IMG/VR virus record: IMGVR_UViG_3300035698_019959
Coordinates: 443-64,442 of that record
Direction: 5' to 3' (one strand)
Origin: a virus
Taxonomy: Duplodnaviria; Caudoviricetes
Length of the DNA stretch: 64,000 nucleotides
Made by a program: the position numbers and the translations under genes. Shown one piece after another: positions 8,825-18,229 of this stretch. Numbering within the stretch: the stretch's first letter is position 1; every line of letters starts with the position of its first letter. The notes beneath the pieces were generated by a model. The model saw only the letters and a program-made list of their open reading frames with translations, did no database searches and was not told where the DNA came from.

Positions 8825-9025
8825 ATGATTATAAAAGAGATGACTCTTAGTATATGTATGAATCGAGATCTAGAAAAGGAAGTTTGTGTTCTTGATGAGG
8901 AAAGCGATATAATAACTATTTTTGGTGAGCAAGAAATAGAAGAATTTATAGAGAAGTGGGAGACAACTGATTGGAATGAGGGGGAAGAGGCTGTTTGTAA
9001 CACTCGCTTTCTACTTGAGAGATAA
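8825..9025 (+). CDS. small acidic hypothetical protein
   Basis: AAGGAG RBS. Confidence 0.6.
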   Translation: MIIKEMTLSICMNRDLEKEVCVLDEESDIITIFGEQEIEEFIEKWETTDWNEGEEAVCNTRFLLER

Positions 9026-9026
9026 A

Positions 9027-9455
9027 ATGAATACAAAAATAATAAAAGGTCGTGTATGGATATGTATACCTGATAGTGAATCTGGTGGGTTCATGGATTA
9101 TTTTGAAATTAATAATGGTAATTCTTATGAGCTTGGTTCTATCTTAAGCAACTGGACTCCTGGAAGTGCTTTAATGTTTGCGACAGGTGCTACAGATACT
9201 GAAGGTAATGATGTTTATGCTGATGATGTTTGTTTATGTAATAACGGAACGCTTCAGGGTGAAAAAAAATGTGAAGGATGGGTTGAAGTTGTTAAGTATC
9301 AATGTATAAAAGAAAGAGGATATTGGGAGGTTGGGTATCCAATATTTAGTGATAGTTGTGTAAAGGTTATAGAAGTGTTGGGGAATATTCATCAGAATCC
9401 TGAGTTTAAAAAGGTACTAGATGGATGTCGTGGACATGATATTGTAGTCAATTAA
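9027..9455 (+). CDS. YopX family protein
   Basis: KGRVW, LMFATGATDTEGNDVY.DDV, EVLGNIHQNPE. Confidence 0.8.
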   Translation: MNTKIIKGRVWICIPDSESGGFMDYFEINNGNSYELGSILSNWTPGSALMFATGATDTEGNDVYADDVCLCNNGTLQGEKKCEGWVEVVKYQCIKERGYWEVGYPIFSDSCVKVIEVLGNIHQNPEFKKVLDGCRGHDIVVN

Positions 9456-9626
9456 GGAAAGGGAATGAAACTAAAAGAAGGGTTTAAAAAAGACTAATGA
9501 TATCAGTATGTTGCAATATATATAAATAATAATAAAATATTAACAAAAACAGATAGTTACAGATGAAAAGAAATCTTTACTTATAAGATCAAAAGAGATA
9601 TAAGAACAAGACACTAGGGGGGATAG

Positions 9627-10076
9627 ATGAAAGAGATAAAAACACTACAAGCAATAGATAAATCGATAGCTCACTGGGAGAGAATGATTGAATATGTGGA
9701 AGCTCGATCATTAGATAAGCGTAAAGTACATTTTGCTCTTTCAGACAAGAGTAAAGGACATTTTGCTCTTTCAGACAAGAGTAAAGGACATTTTGCTCCT
9801 TCTTCTCTTGAAATGAAAATTGATATTGATGAGGGACTGGGACCTGACGATTGTGCATTATGCTGTAAGTTTTATGATACTGTGGACTGCTCTTGTTGCG
9901 AGGGTTGCCCATTGGATGATTTAGGAGATACTTGTGGTTATAGTGAAGATGAAAATGGTATATATATTAAAGTTACAGAATCTTCTTACTGTAGCGATTG
10001 GTTAGAGAACGTTCGTGATATGATGCTGTTACTATTATTTGCAAAAGAATATGTAAAGATGAAAGAATATGATTAA
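9627..10076 (+). CDS. Cys-rich hypothetical protein
   Basis: GGGGGGA RBS; SIAHWE...CALC...C.GCPL...C pattern. Confidence 0.7.
   Translation: MKEIKTLQAIDKSIAHWERMIEYVEARSLDKRKVHFALSDKSKGHFALSDKSKGHFAPSSLEMKIDIDEGLGPDDCALCCKFYDTVDCSCCEGCPLDDLGDTCGYSEDENGIYIKVTESSYCSDWLENVRDMMLLLLFAKEYVKMKEYD
9721..9802 (+). repeat. 30-bp in-frame tandem repeat (~2.7 copies; KGHFALSDKS)
   Basis: GTAAAG(T/G)ACATTTTGCTCTTTCAGACAAGA units. Confidence 0.95.
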
Positions 10077-10135
10077 AAAAACCCAACAACGTAATAGGAA
10101 ATGATTTCTTATTACAAAACCCAAAGGAGGAGAAG

Positions 10136-10483
10136 ATGGAAAATACAGAGATGCGAGAAGGGTATAAGTTTTGTTCGAGATGTTTAGACAGTGTTGGCGA
10201 ATACAGACCAGTATCAGAGTTTTATGCAAATGCTTCTTCCAATGATGGCTTATCTTCTTGGTGTAAAGTTTGCCAAAAAGAATATAACAAATCCTATCAG
10301 AAGAGGGTTAGAGTTAAAGCGAGAAGGAAAAAGTATTATCAAGAAAGAAAAATGATTGAAGCTAAAACCAAGCAGTATCCTGCTAAGATTCCAAATAAAA
10401 TAAATCTAGGTAGTGTGATACAAAAGTTTCTCGTTGCTGAGATTGATGCCGCAGTAGCAAAGAAGTTGAGTAAGATATTGTAG
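10136..10483 (+). CDS. zinc-finger protein (CxxC...EFY...DGL...CKxC domain found in HNH/EndoVII proteins; no nuclease domain here)
   Basis: FCSRC...PVSEFY...DGLSSWCKVC; AGGAGG RBS. Confidence 0.75.
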   Translation: MENTEMREGYKFCSRCLDSVGEYRPVSEFYANASSNDGLSSWCKVCQKEYNKSYQKRVRVKARRKKYYQERKMIEAKTKQYPAKIPNKINLGSVIQKFLVAEIDAAVAKKLSKIL

Positions 10484-10519
10484 TTGTTGTTCCTTTCTTG
10501 TAGTACGGTTATTGTTATG

Positions 10520-10559
10520 GGCCTCCTGCTTTTGTTGGGTTAGTGGGAGGCCTTTTTTT
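10520..10559 (+). terminator. intrinsic terminator ending the accessory operon
   Basis: GGCCTCC...GGAGGCC stem followed by T7. Confidence 0.8.
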
Positions 10560-10577
10560 GTCCACACCTCCATCCTA

Positions 10578-10606
10578 TTTAATAAATCATCCTTATTATA
10601 TATAAT
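10578..10606 (+). promoter_or_regulatory. putative late promoter
   Basis: TTTAAT-N17-TATAAT; one of ten equally spaced copies. Confidence 0.65.
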
Positions 10607-10656
10607 TATATTTACAAATGTATCTATTTTCTAATTAAAAAAGAAGGAGATTATCA

Positions 10657-12477
10657 GTGTCTAAGAATTTTCAGTTTTACGTACCCGTAGATATCTATAA
10701 AGACAAAAAAAACAATTACAGAATAAAAGGATTAGCTTCCACTGGAGACAAAGATCTGCAGGGGGAAATAATCAAGCAGCAAGGATTAGACATCTCTGTC
10801 TTGAAGTCTGGGAAGGGTTATCTCAATTGGGAGCACAAGAACGATCCCAAGAATATCATAGGGTTGATTGATGATGCTGAGATAACAGAAAAAGGATTGA
10901 TGGTGGACGGTCAGTTGTTCAAGAAGCACGACCAAGCCAAAGCGGTGCATCAAATCTTAGATTCCCTGGATGATAATCGTAAACATAGAATTCAAATGTC
11001 TGTAGAAGGAACAGTAATCAGTAAGTCAGACGGTAAAGAAAAAGGTTCGGGTAAGGTTATAGACAAAGCAAGAATAACAGCTGTAGCCCTAACGATGAAT
11101 CCTGTTAATAAGAGTACATACGCGGAATTGGTGAAAAGCTTAACAGCTGTAGAAGGATCTGATTTAGGTCATGGGGATGAGTTTCCTTCCTCCTTCTCGT
11201 CCCCTGATCCTTCTATTGACGAAAAGGATATAGATGATACAAAAGATAAAGAAGAAATTATCGGAGATAAAGAAGAGGGTGTCACAAAGAATTTCACAGA
11301 TAAAGTCAAAGAGGGAGTTGAGGAGAAAGTTGAGAATCAGAAAGTCACTGTGGCGGTAGATTATATCTGTAAGAAGGCCGAGGAGAAGGGTCTAGATCCT
11401 ATGGTAGTGTTAGACGGATTTAGTGATAAGCTGATAGAGGATGCTGAAGGTCAAGAGAAGTTTGATAAGTTTATTAAATCATTAGAAAGTAATCCATTTG
11501 CGCTGGATATCATTAAGGTTATGGTACAGGAAGGATATATCAGAAAGGGCGGGAAGGGTTCAGGCAAGAGAGGTCACAAGACTTATAATTCTAACGCATC
11601 AAAAAGACATGGTGGGGCAAATTTAAAAGATCCTGAAAGAGTCAAGGAAGAAACTGCTTACGCGAAGAAAGAAGCATCTCGTAAGGAAGCTCAAAAGCGT
11701 CATATGGATAAGCTTATTGAAAGAAAGAAAAAAGAAGGTAAGCCAACCAAGGGTGTTGAAGATGCGAAGAAAGAAGGTAAGAAGCCTGAACCAGCGGAAA
11801 TGCAAGACGACGATGCAGAGGCAAGAGCTCGGGAGCATTATAATGCAGCATGGGACGATCTAAGCAGTAGTGAGCAAGATTTTATTCAAGCTGAATATGA
11901 TAAAGAACAAGTTGATGGTGGTAAGAAAAAAAAAGAAGGTAAGCCAACAAAGGGTGTTGAAGATGCGAAGAAAGAGCATGTAAAGGATAAGGGTAAAAGG
12001 AAGAAGTCACTCCCAAATATCAAAAGTCTTTTAAAGGCCATCCCAAAAGAAAAGCACAAACAGTTTCTTATATTATTAAAAGCGAATATTGAAAAGGGTG
12101 GGAAGGGTTCAGGAAAGAAAGGACATAGAACAGCCAAAAAGCCTAGACAAGATAAAAGCCAAAAGAAAAATCCTAAAGAGTATAAGGGAGATATAATAAA
12201 AGAAATTGGAACTTTATCTAGGAAAATGGGTGCAGACGCTGAATTTGATAGTGCTGAATCAAGTGATAATGAATTGCGATTAGATTTTAATTCAAGTAGG
12301 CATGGTGGATTCTTTACGCCTAGAGCTGGTGAGCAAGATGATGATTCTCCTAAATTTACAGGAATTGATAAAATAGGTAGTGCTGTACAAAAAATAGTTG
12401 GTAAAGATTTTAATGTTAAGTTAAGAGATTATGAAAAAGGAATGTTCACGATTCGTGTTGTGAGAAAAGGTAAGTAA
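10657..12477 (+). CDS. prohead protease (Herelleviridae-like) with long C-terminal extension
   Basis: IKGLAST.DKDLQGE, YLNWEH, MSVEG, VALTMNPVN..TYAELVKS; GTG start with AAGGAG RBS. Confidence 0.85.
   Translation: MSKNFQFYVPVDIYKDKKNNYRIKGLASTGDKDLQGEIIKQQGLDISVLKSGKGYLNWEHKNDPKNIIGLIDDAEITEKGLMVDGQLFKKHDQAKAVHQILDSLDDNRKHRIQMSVEGTVISKSDGKEKGSGKVIDKARITAVALTMNPVNKSTYAELVKSLTAVEGSDLGHGDEFPSSFSSPDPSIDEKDIDDTKDKEEIIGDKEEGVTKNFTDKVKEGVEEKVENQKVTVAVDYICKKAEEKGLDPMVVLDGFSDKLIEDAEGQEKFDKFIKSLESNPFALDIIKVMVQEGYIRKGGKGSGKRGHKTYNSNASKRHGGANLKDPERVKEETAYAKKEASRKEAQKRHMDKLIERKKKEGKPTKGVEDAKKEGKKPEPAEMQDDDAEARAREHYNAAWDDLSSSEQDFIQAEYDKEQVDGGKKKKEGKPTKGVEDAKKEHVKDKGKRKKSLPNIKSLLKAIPKEKHKQFLILLKANIEKGGKGSGKKGHRTAKKPRQDKSQKKNPKEYKGDIIKEIGTLSRKMGADAEFDSAESSDNELRLDFNSSRHGGFFTPRAGEQDDDSPKFTGIDKIGSAVQKIVGKDFNVKLRDYEKGMFTIRVVRKGK
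11728..11975 (+). repeat. 47-bp direct repeat pair (11728-11774, 11929-11975) inside the protease gene
   Basis: Both copies encode KKEGKPTKGVEDAKKE; one mismatch. Confidence 0.9.
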
Positions 12478-14172
12478 ATGACTTTATACGAAGGATTAAC
12501 ACATTATCCTAAATCAACAGTATTCAATGATGGCCAGATCAGGCTTCTAAATGATTACAGTTCTGCTTTTGCTGATAATAATCTTAATATTGCCCAATTA
12601 TTCTCTAATATCATAGGAAACATCTCTGATTTAGACCTGACAGGTGTGACACAAACAACTGAGGCGATTGACCTATATGTAACGACTACGGGAAGTGACG
12701 GGGCGACAGGAGCTTCTGACGATCCCTATTTAACGATACAGCATGCTATAGATTCAACTCCTGATGTTTATAGTTATAATGTCACAATTCATGTTGGAGC
12801 GGGAACGTTCTCTGAGTCTATAGATGTCTCTAAGCTCGGTAGAAAAGATTACGATATAGATTTTGAAATAGTAGGAACTGAAACTGAATTATTAAGTGAA
12901 ACATATGTAACAATTAGAACATCAACGACTATAGTAGTAGCGGGAGCGGCTTGGACTACTAATGAATTTAGTAATAAGCAATTTGTTGTAACTGCTGGTG
13001 CAGGATATTACGGAGCAGAATATGATTACCTTCAAGTAGCAGTCGTTAGATCGAATACAGCAAACACACTTACGTTTGTTGCATCTCCACCTGGGTTAGG
13101 TGCGACTACGCAATTTAAGATTGTAGAACCAGGAACTATGTTGAATTCTGTTGGGAATTCTTATGGTGTTGAAGTTAATAGTAGTTCTCAAACATTAACT
13201 AAATTTAAGAATATAAAGTTTCAGAATGCTGCCATTGTAGATATCTTAATTAACACTGGTCAGGTGATTTGTGTAAGTTGTGAGTTTGATGCAGGGTTGG
13301 GAAGATATGGTGGTGTAGTTGCTTATGATTTTTTTAGGATATACGGATGTTATATTCACGGAGATTATGCGGGTTCGGGCGTGTTTGCAAGTTTTGGTAG
13401 TGGAGCCATTTATTATTCTATAATTAGCGGAGTCACTAGTTATGGTGCTCGTGGTGTTCGTGCATCAGCTTGTGAGTTGACACTAAAACATAGTTTGATT
13501 GATGATTGTTATGAAGGAGCAGTTGCTGATGTAAATGGTTCTGTTGATTTTACAGGAAGTCGGGTGCGTAATTGTAGTGAGAGAGCTTTTCGTGCTTGGG
13601 GTGGTGGATATATAGAAGCATGGGATTGTAATTGTGATTCAAATTATGTGGTTGCAGCTGCTTTTGCTGGTGGTGAGATTTGGATTGATACTGATAAAGT
13701 AACCGATACAACTTATGCTATATTTGATCCAGGTGGAAGTGGTAGAGTTCAGGATTCAGTTGACGAATCTGTTCATTATAATACATGGGCGGAAGCTGTG
13801 GAAACTGTTAGCACTACAGACGATACAGTTACGCAAATAGCAACGATATCTCTTGTTGAAAGTGAATATCTAAGAGTAGAAGCGGATGTCGGTTGTAGGG
13901 GGAATGGTTCTCGTGATCATGCTTTTTATAAAATAGCGGGATTGTTTTATAGGAATGATGGTGATAATGTAATGCAAGTCGGTTCTGATACTCCGATTAT
14001 GACTCCTATTGAATCGAACATAGCTTTAGACGCAGGTTTTTCCTTAGATGTTCCCAATCAAAGTATAGATATATGGGTGCAGGGGATAGATATGCAAATA
14101 TTTAATTGGCAGGTTTCTTATAAGTATAAGAAAATGGAAGATCCACCTGCTGCTGCAGGAGTTCCTGAATGA
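12478..14172 (+). CDS. putative head fibre/spike with parallel beta-helix (pectin-lyase-like) region
   Basis: YVTTTGSD.ATG..DDPYLTIQHAID and IHVGAGTFSE motifs; G/N/C-rich beta repeats; position in head operon. Confidence 0.65.
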   Translation: MTLYEGLTHYPKSTVFNDGQIRLLNDYSSAFADNNLNIAQLFSNIIGNISDLDLTGVTQTTEAIDLYVTTTGSDGATGASDDPYLTIQHAIDSTPDVYSYNVTIHVGAGTFSESIDVSKLGRKDYDIDFEIVGTETELLSETYVTIRTSTTIVVAGAAWTTNEFSNKQFVVTAGAGYYGAEYDYLQVAVVRSNTANTLTFVASPPGLGATTQFKIVEPGTMLNSVGNSYGVEVNSSSQTLTKFKNIKFQNAAIVDILINTGQVICVSCEFDAGLGRYGGVVAYDFFRIYGCYIHGDYAGSGVFASFGSGAIYYSIISGVTSYGARGVRASACELTLKHSLIDDCYEGAVADVNGSVDFTGSRVRNCSERAFRAWGGGYIEAWDCNCDSNYVVAAAFAGGEIWIDTDKVTDTTYAIFDPGGSGRVQDSVDESVHYNTWAEAVETVSTTDDTVTQIATISLVESEYLRVEADVGCRGNGSRDHAFYKIAGLFYRNDGDNVMQVGSDTPIMTPIESNIALDAGFSLDVPNQSIDIWVQGIDMQIFNWQVSYKYKKMEDPPAAAGVPE

Positions 14173-15118
14173 TAGACGAAAAAGAAATATACAGAATGGA
14201 CAAAAAACTTCATTCAAAACTTCTAGAGATCCCCTCAGCTCAAAAGAAGATAAAGATTCCTAGAATTGAGATTGATTTTAAAAAGCCTTTCAAGTTCTTG
14301 AAAAAGAAGAAGACGGTGAGGTTATGGAAAAAGCCTTAACAGTTGGGCATAGCGGAACAGAAGCTCCAGCGAATAGAACAGGTGCAGGTGCTACTAATAA
14401 AGAAGATATAGACCAAGTGACTAGAATTGTAACATGGGGTCAAGGAGAGTTGTTAGATATGGGTTTCAGCACAAAGAAAAAGAAGAAAATAGCGAAGTCT
14501 ATATTGAAACTAAAAGAACAATTTCCTGATGCTCCTGTAAAAGAGCTTGTTAATGCGGTTATAGATAGAATTGAAAAAGGTAGGGGGAAAGATAAAGGTA
14601 AGAGGAAGAAAAGAAAGTTGACTTCCCAAGAGCTTCAAGCTGAACAAAGGAAATATAATAAGAGATATGGTTCGGACGCTGAACGTAGGGATGGTGAGCA
14701 TGAGGAGAAGGAAGAAAAAAAGAAATTAGATTCGTATGAGAAAAAGTCTCAGCCGCTAGATAAAGACCTGTTCAAATCTATATTAAAGAAGGTTAAGGAG
14801 AATTATCCCGGAACTTCATTTGAGGGGATAATCTATATTACCAAAGAGGTTTATAAGAAAAAGTTTCAAAAAGCCAAATCGTTCACAGCAGACGATGCTA
14901 AAAAGGTAGGAGAGAAGCTAGGAATAGACTGGGATAAGTGTAAGTTTGATGTGAAGCAGTTTCTTATGGGCTTGAAGGTAGAACTAGAGCATGGAACAAA
15001 AGATAAAGAAACGAATGTGACTGGTGATGACATTGTTAAGACAGGTAAGATTGCGTTGGCTCATTTAAAAGAATCACCTGATTACTATACGAAGTTAAAA
15101 GAGATGGAAGAAGAATAG
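14169..15118 (+). CDS. putative internal head polyprotein ending in a DUF5661-like domain; likely starts at 14169 with a -1 frameshift at 14280-14285 (ORF track gives 14324-15118)
   Basis: AGGAG RBS before ATG 14169; C-terminal GLKVELEHG...KIALAHLKESPDYYTKL; KALTVGH...TGAGA segment. Confidence 0.7.
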
Positions 15119-15143
15119 ACAAGAATTGAGAACATTACCTTAA

Positions 15144-15172
15144 TATAAAAAAAGTGCATTTTATTATATAAT
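15144..15172 (+). promoter_or_regulatory. putative late promoter
   Basis: TATAAA-N17-TATAAT. Confidence 0.65.
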
Positions 15173-15197
15173 AAATTAAAGAAAATAAGGAGTTAAA

Positions 15198-15584
15198 ATG
15201 GCCAAAGAAGGCGAGATTAAAAAAATATATAGTGGACTGACGTCGAATGTCACTCTTACTCAAGCTCTACCTAGGAAGATATTTGAACGTAGAGATATAA
15301 CTGTGGCCGTTCGTAAGACGCTTTCAGGTCAAGACGCTATGGCTGGTAATCTAAAGATATATGGTGCCATTAATGACGAAGATTCTTGGTACGAGCATAT
15401 AGGAACTGTCAGTTTAATAGCTGCAGCAAGTGAGACAGAACATTGGCTCTATCCTAATAGTATTGCTGGGCCAGTAGCTGCTACAATGGTTCCTACGAAA
15501 GCAACCTTTCTTTATTTACGTTTTGTAGTTGAGAGCATAGCGAACGGAACCATAGATGTTTGGATGCACGAGATTGAGTGTTAA
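15198..15584 (+). CDS. putative virion protein (beta-rich)
   Basis: AAGGAG RBS; head operon context. Confidence 0.6.
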   Translation: MAKEGEIKKIYSGLTSNVTLTQALPRKIFERRDITVAVRKTLSGQDAMAGNLKIYGAINDEDSWYEHIGTVSLIAAASETEHWLYPNSIAGPVAATMVPTKATFLYLRFVVESIANGTIDVWMHEIEC

Positions 15585-15610
15585 TAAAGAGACGAGAGGA
15601 GAAATAAAAA

Positions 15611-16048
15611 ATGGCTTATGTATATCAGGTTTTAAGTTCAGATCAAGTTAGATTACTCGATGAGTATAGTGGGGCAATGCATAAAGTAAAATTATCAGAG
15701 CTTTTAGATTCTGTTATGGATGTCGCAGCTTCAGGAGCATTCACCAATATAGTAGTTAGTAATAACGCTTCTATTGGAAATGATTTGACTGTTGTTGGTG
15801 CTACAGTTTTAGCAACCTTACAAGTTGGTGGTGGTTACGGAGATACAGGTGTTACTATTGATGCAGATGGTAATCTTTCTGCTGATGGTGTTGGCGATTT
15901 CGCTGCTAGTGGTTTACAAACTACAGTATACACTCCTGCGACTGCAGCAGCAACTGGCGAAAAGGGAATGATCACTTACGACACTTCATATATTTATGTA
16001 TGTGTCGATACGGATACTTGGATGCGAGGAGCAATAGCGACTTGGTAG
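15611..16048 (+). CDS. putative short head fibre/decoration protein
   Basis: C-terminal P.T....G.KG.I.YD..YIYVC...DTW.R....W motif common in phage fibre proteins; N-terminus resembles 12478 and 31914. Confidence 0.65.
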   Translation: MAYVYQVLSSDQVRLLDEYSGAMHKVKLSELLDSVMDVAASGAFTNIVVSNNASIGNDLTVVGATVLATLQVGGGYGDTGVTIDADGNLSADGVGDFAASGLQTTVYTPATAAATGEKGMITYDTSYIYVCVDTDTWMRGAIATW

Positions 16049-16072
16049 TCTAAAAATTAAAAGGGGGAAATT

Positions 16073-17173
16073 GTGCGTATTGGTTTAGTTAGCACTTTCA
16101 ATATAGAGTGTGGAATTGCCACGTATACTCAGCATCTTGTAGAGAATTATCCTAAGAATACAATAATCTTTGCGAACGATTTAGATGGTATGAATGATAC
16201 GGGTGATCATAAAGGTCACCCCATTATTCGTTGTTTTTCTCGTAAGGGCACTCACGAAAGATTATTAAAAGAAATTATAGATTCTAAGGTTGATGTAATT
16301 CATTTTCAACATGAATTTGGCTTATTCCAAAATCACAAATCTTTCTTGGAGCTTTTGAAGGCATTAAAGACTCATTATAATAAAAGGATTGTGATGACTT
16401 TCCACACTGTGTTCACAGACAATCAGTGGAATAGTAAAATATACGAATATTTTAAATGGTGTGATAGGTTTATATTTCATCACGAAGATGCTAAAAAACG
16501 ATTAGATTTATCTAGTTGTTATGTTATTCCCCATGGTTCTGTAGTTGTACGATCGAAGCCGAGATGGGAAGCTCGTGAGTATTTCGGAATCCCGGAAGAT
16601 CGTTTCGTTGCATTGGCGTTGGGGTTTATTACACCAACAAAAGGTGCGGCAGATAGCATTAATGCTGTCATGCGATTAAGAAAGATGTACCCGAATTTAT
16701 TATTAATAGTAGCAGGTACGGCTATTGTTTATGATAATAATTTCACTAATTTAGAATATGCTTTAACATTATTTAAGCAAGTAAGAATGATGAAGGCAGA
16801 AAAAACTATCAAGATCATGTTCAAGTTTATCCCAGAGAACGAGCTTGATTATTTTGCTGGGGTTACAGACATAGCAATAGAGAATTACCATCAGACGCAA
16901 TATTCAACATCAGGAATGAGCCACCTAGTTATGAGTTATGGATTGCCCTCTATTTCTTCTAATTCAAATATCCTAGCAGATTTAACTCCGGAAAGAAGTT
17001 TAAAGTATGATATCGGGAATATTGAACAGATGACTGGTCAGCTAGAAAAGCTTATCACTGATGACGTTTTAAGAAAGCAACTCTCTAGTAATTGTTTAGA
17101 TTATTCAAAAAAAACCTCCTGGCCAAATACTACAAAAAGTCACTGGGACTTATATAACGGCATAGCATTATAG
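16073..17173 (+). CDS. glycosyltransferase, GT4 (GT-B)
   Basis: CGIATYT, HFQHEFGLF, TFHTV, IPHG, LGFITPTKG, STSG motifs. Confidence 0.9.
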   Translation: MRIGLVSTFNIECGIATYTQHLVENYPKNTIIFANDLDGMNDTGDHKGHPIIRCFSRKGTHERLLKEIIDSKVDVIHFQHEFGLFQNHKSFLELLKALKTHYNKRIVMTFHTVFTDNQWNSKIYEYFKWCDRFIFHHEDAKKRLDLSSCYVIPHGSVVVRSKPRWEAREYFGIPEDRFVALALGFITPTKGAADSINAVMRLRKMYPNLLLIVAGTAIVYDNNFTNLEYALTLFKQVRMMKAEKTIKIMFKFIPENELDYFAGVTDIAIENYHQTQYSTSGMSHLVMSYGLPSISSNSNILADLTPERSLKYDIGNIEQMTGQLEKLITDDVLRKQLSSNCLDYSKKTSWPNTTKSHWDLYNGIAL

Positions 17174-17182
17174 GAAAATAAA

Positions 17183-18229
17183 ATGATAAAGACTGATAGG
17201 CTGAGAATAGCAATTACAGGATTTTATGGAGCGGGTAATAGTGGCGATGAGGCTATGCTTCATAACTTAGTATTCAAGATTAAGCAAAGAGTCCCTGATG
17301 CAGTTATACTAGTGGCAACCGATAGAATAGGGGACTGGCAACATGATGATGTTTATTATATGTCAGCGTTAGATAGAGCGAAACTTAGAGAGACAGATAT
17401 CTTTATAGTAGGTGGTGGAGATTTAGGATTTGGGTTCGGTTGGAATTTATTACCTTGGGCAAAAAGGTTTAAGAACAAATGTATTATGATGGGTAGTGGT
17501 ATTAACAGAACATGGAGAGATCCAAATTTTAAAACAGCGATAACTTCTATGTTGGGCTTGTTTGATAAAATATATGTAAGAGACGAAGACTCAGCTTTGT
17601 TTTTAAATGATTTGGGTGTTTATAACAAATACGCTACGGATATGTCTTTTGATCTATGTCAAGTACCATATGTCTTTAGAAAGAGTGAGAAGCATATTAC
17701 CTTATGTATAAGGGAAACAGAAAGTAAGTACGAATCTCAGATGTTGGATTGTGCTATTAGAGTTATAAGAAAAGTTACTACTGATGGATTTACAACAACT
17801 ATTCTACCGCTTTGTGAAGAGGATGCTATAAGATGCGATAAGATCTCTAGTTTCTTCAATGACAAGGTTCAACTGATTCATACACCAGATCCAGAGCAGC
17901 ATAAATATATTATAGCAAATTCAAATTATTTAGTTTCTTTAGGACGTTTGCATTCTTTGATATATGCTACTGATACTTGTACTCCTATGATAGGAATGAG
18001 TTACCCTGTGGTTGAGGAATATTCTAAAATAAATGCATGGATGAAACATATTGATTTAGAGAGGTTTCATTTAGACTTTTCTCCTTCTATAAAGCAATTT
18101 ACAGAGAAGTGGACGCACATGCGAGCGCATGTGGTTGCGGTTAAAGATATTTTACAAAAGCAAAGAGACAGACATATCAAACTTAATAACGATCAGTTCG
18201 ATGATGTCATCGGGTTAGTGGGTGAATGA
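17183..18229 (+). CDS. polysaccharide pyruvyl transferase family protein
   Basis: GFYGAGNSGDEAM, GGGDL, YVRDEDS, GRLHSLIYA. Confidence 0.9.
   Translation: MIKTDRLRIAITGFYGAGNSGDEAMLHNLVFKIKQRVPDAVILVATDRIGDWQHDDVYYMSALDRAKLRETDIFIVGGGDLGFGFGWNLLPWAKRFKNKCIMMGSGINRTWRDPNFKTAITSMLGLFDKIYVRDEDSALFLNDLGVYNKYATDMSFDLCQVPYVFRKSEKHITLCIRETESKYESQMLDCAIRVIRKVTTDGFTTTILPLCEEDAIRCDKISSFFNDKVQLIHTPDPEQHKYIIANSNYLVSLGRLHSLIYATDTCTPMIGMSYPVVEEYSKINAWMKHIDLERFHLDFSPSIKQFTEKWTHMRAHVVAVKDILQKQRDRHIKLNNDQFDDVIGLVGE

Noticed and set aside
9721-9802. 30-bp repeats as a CRISPR array
   Set aside because: Directly tandem with no spacers, in frame within a gene, and no cas genes.
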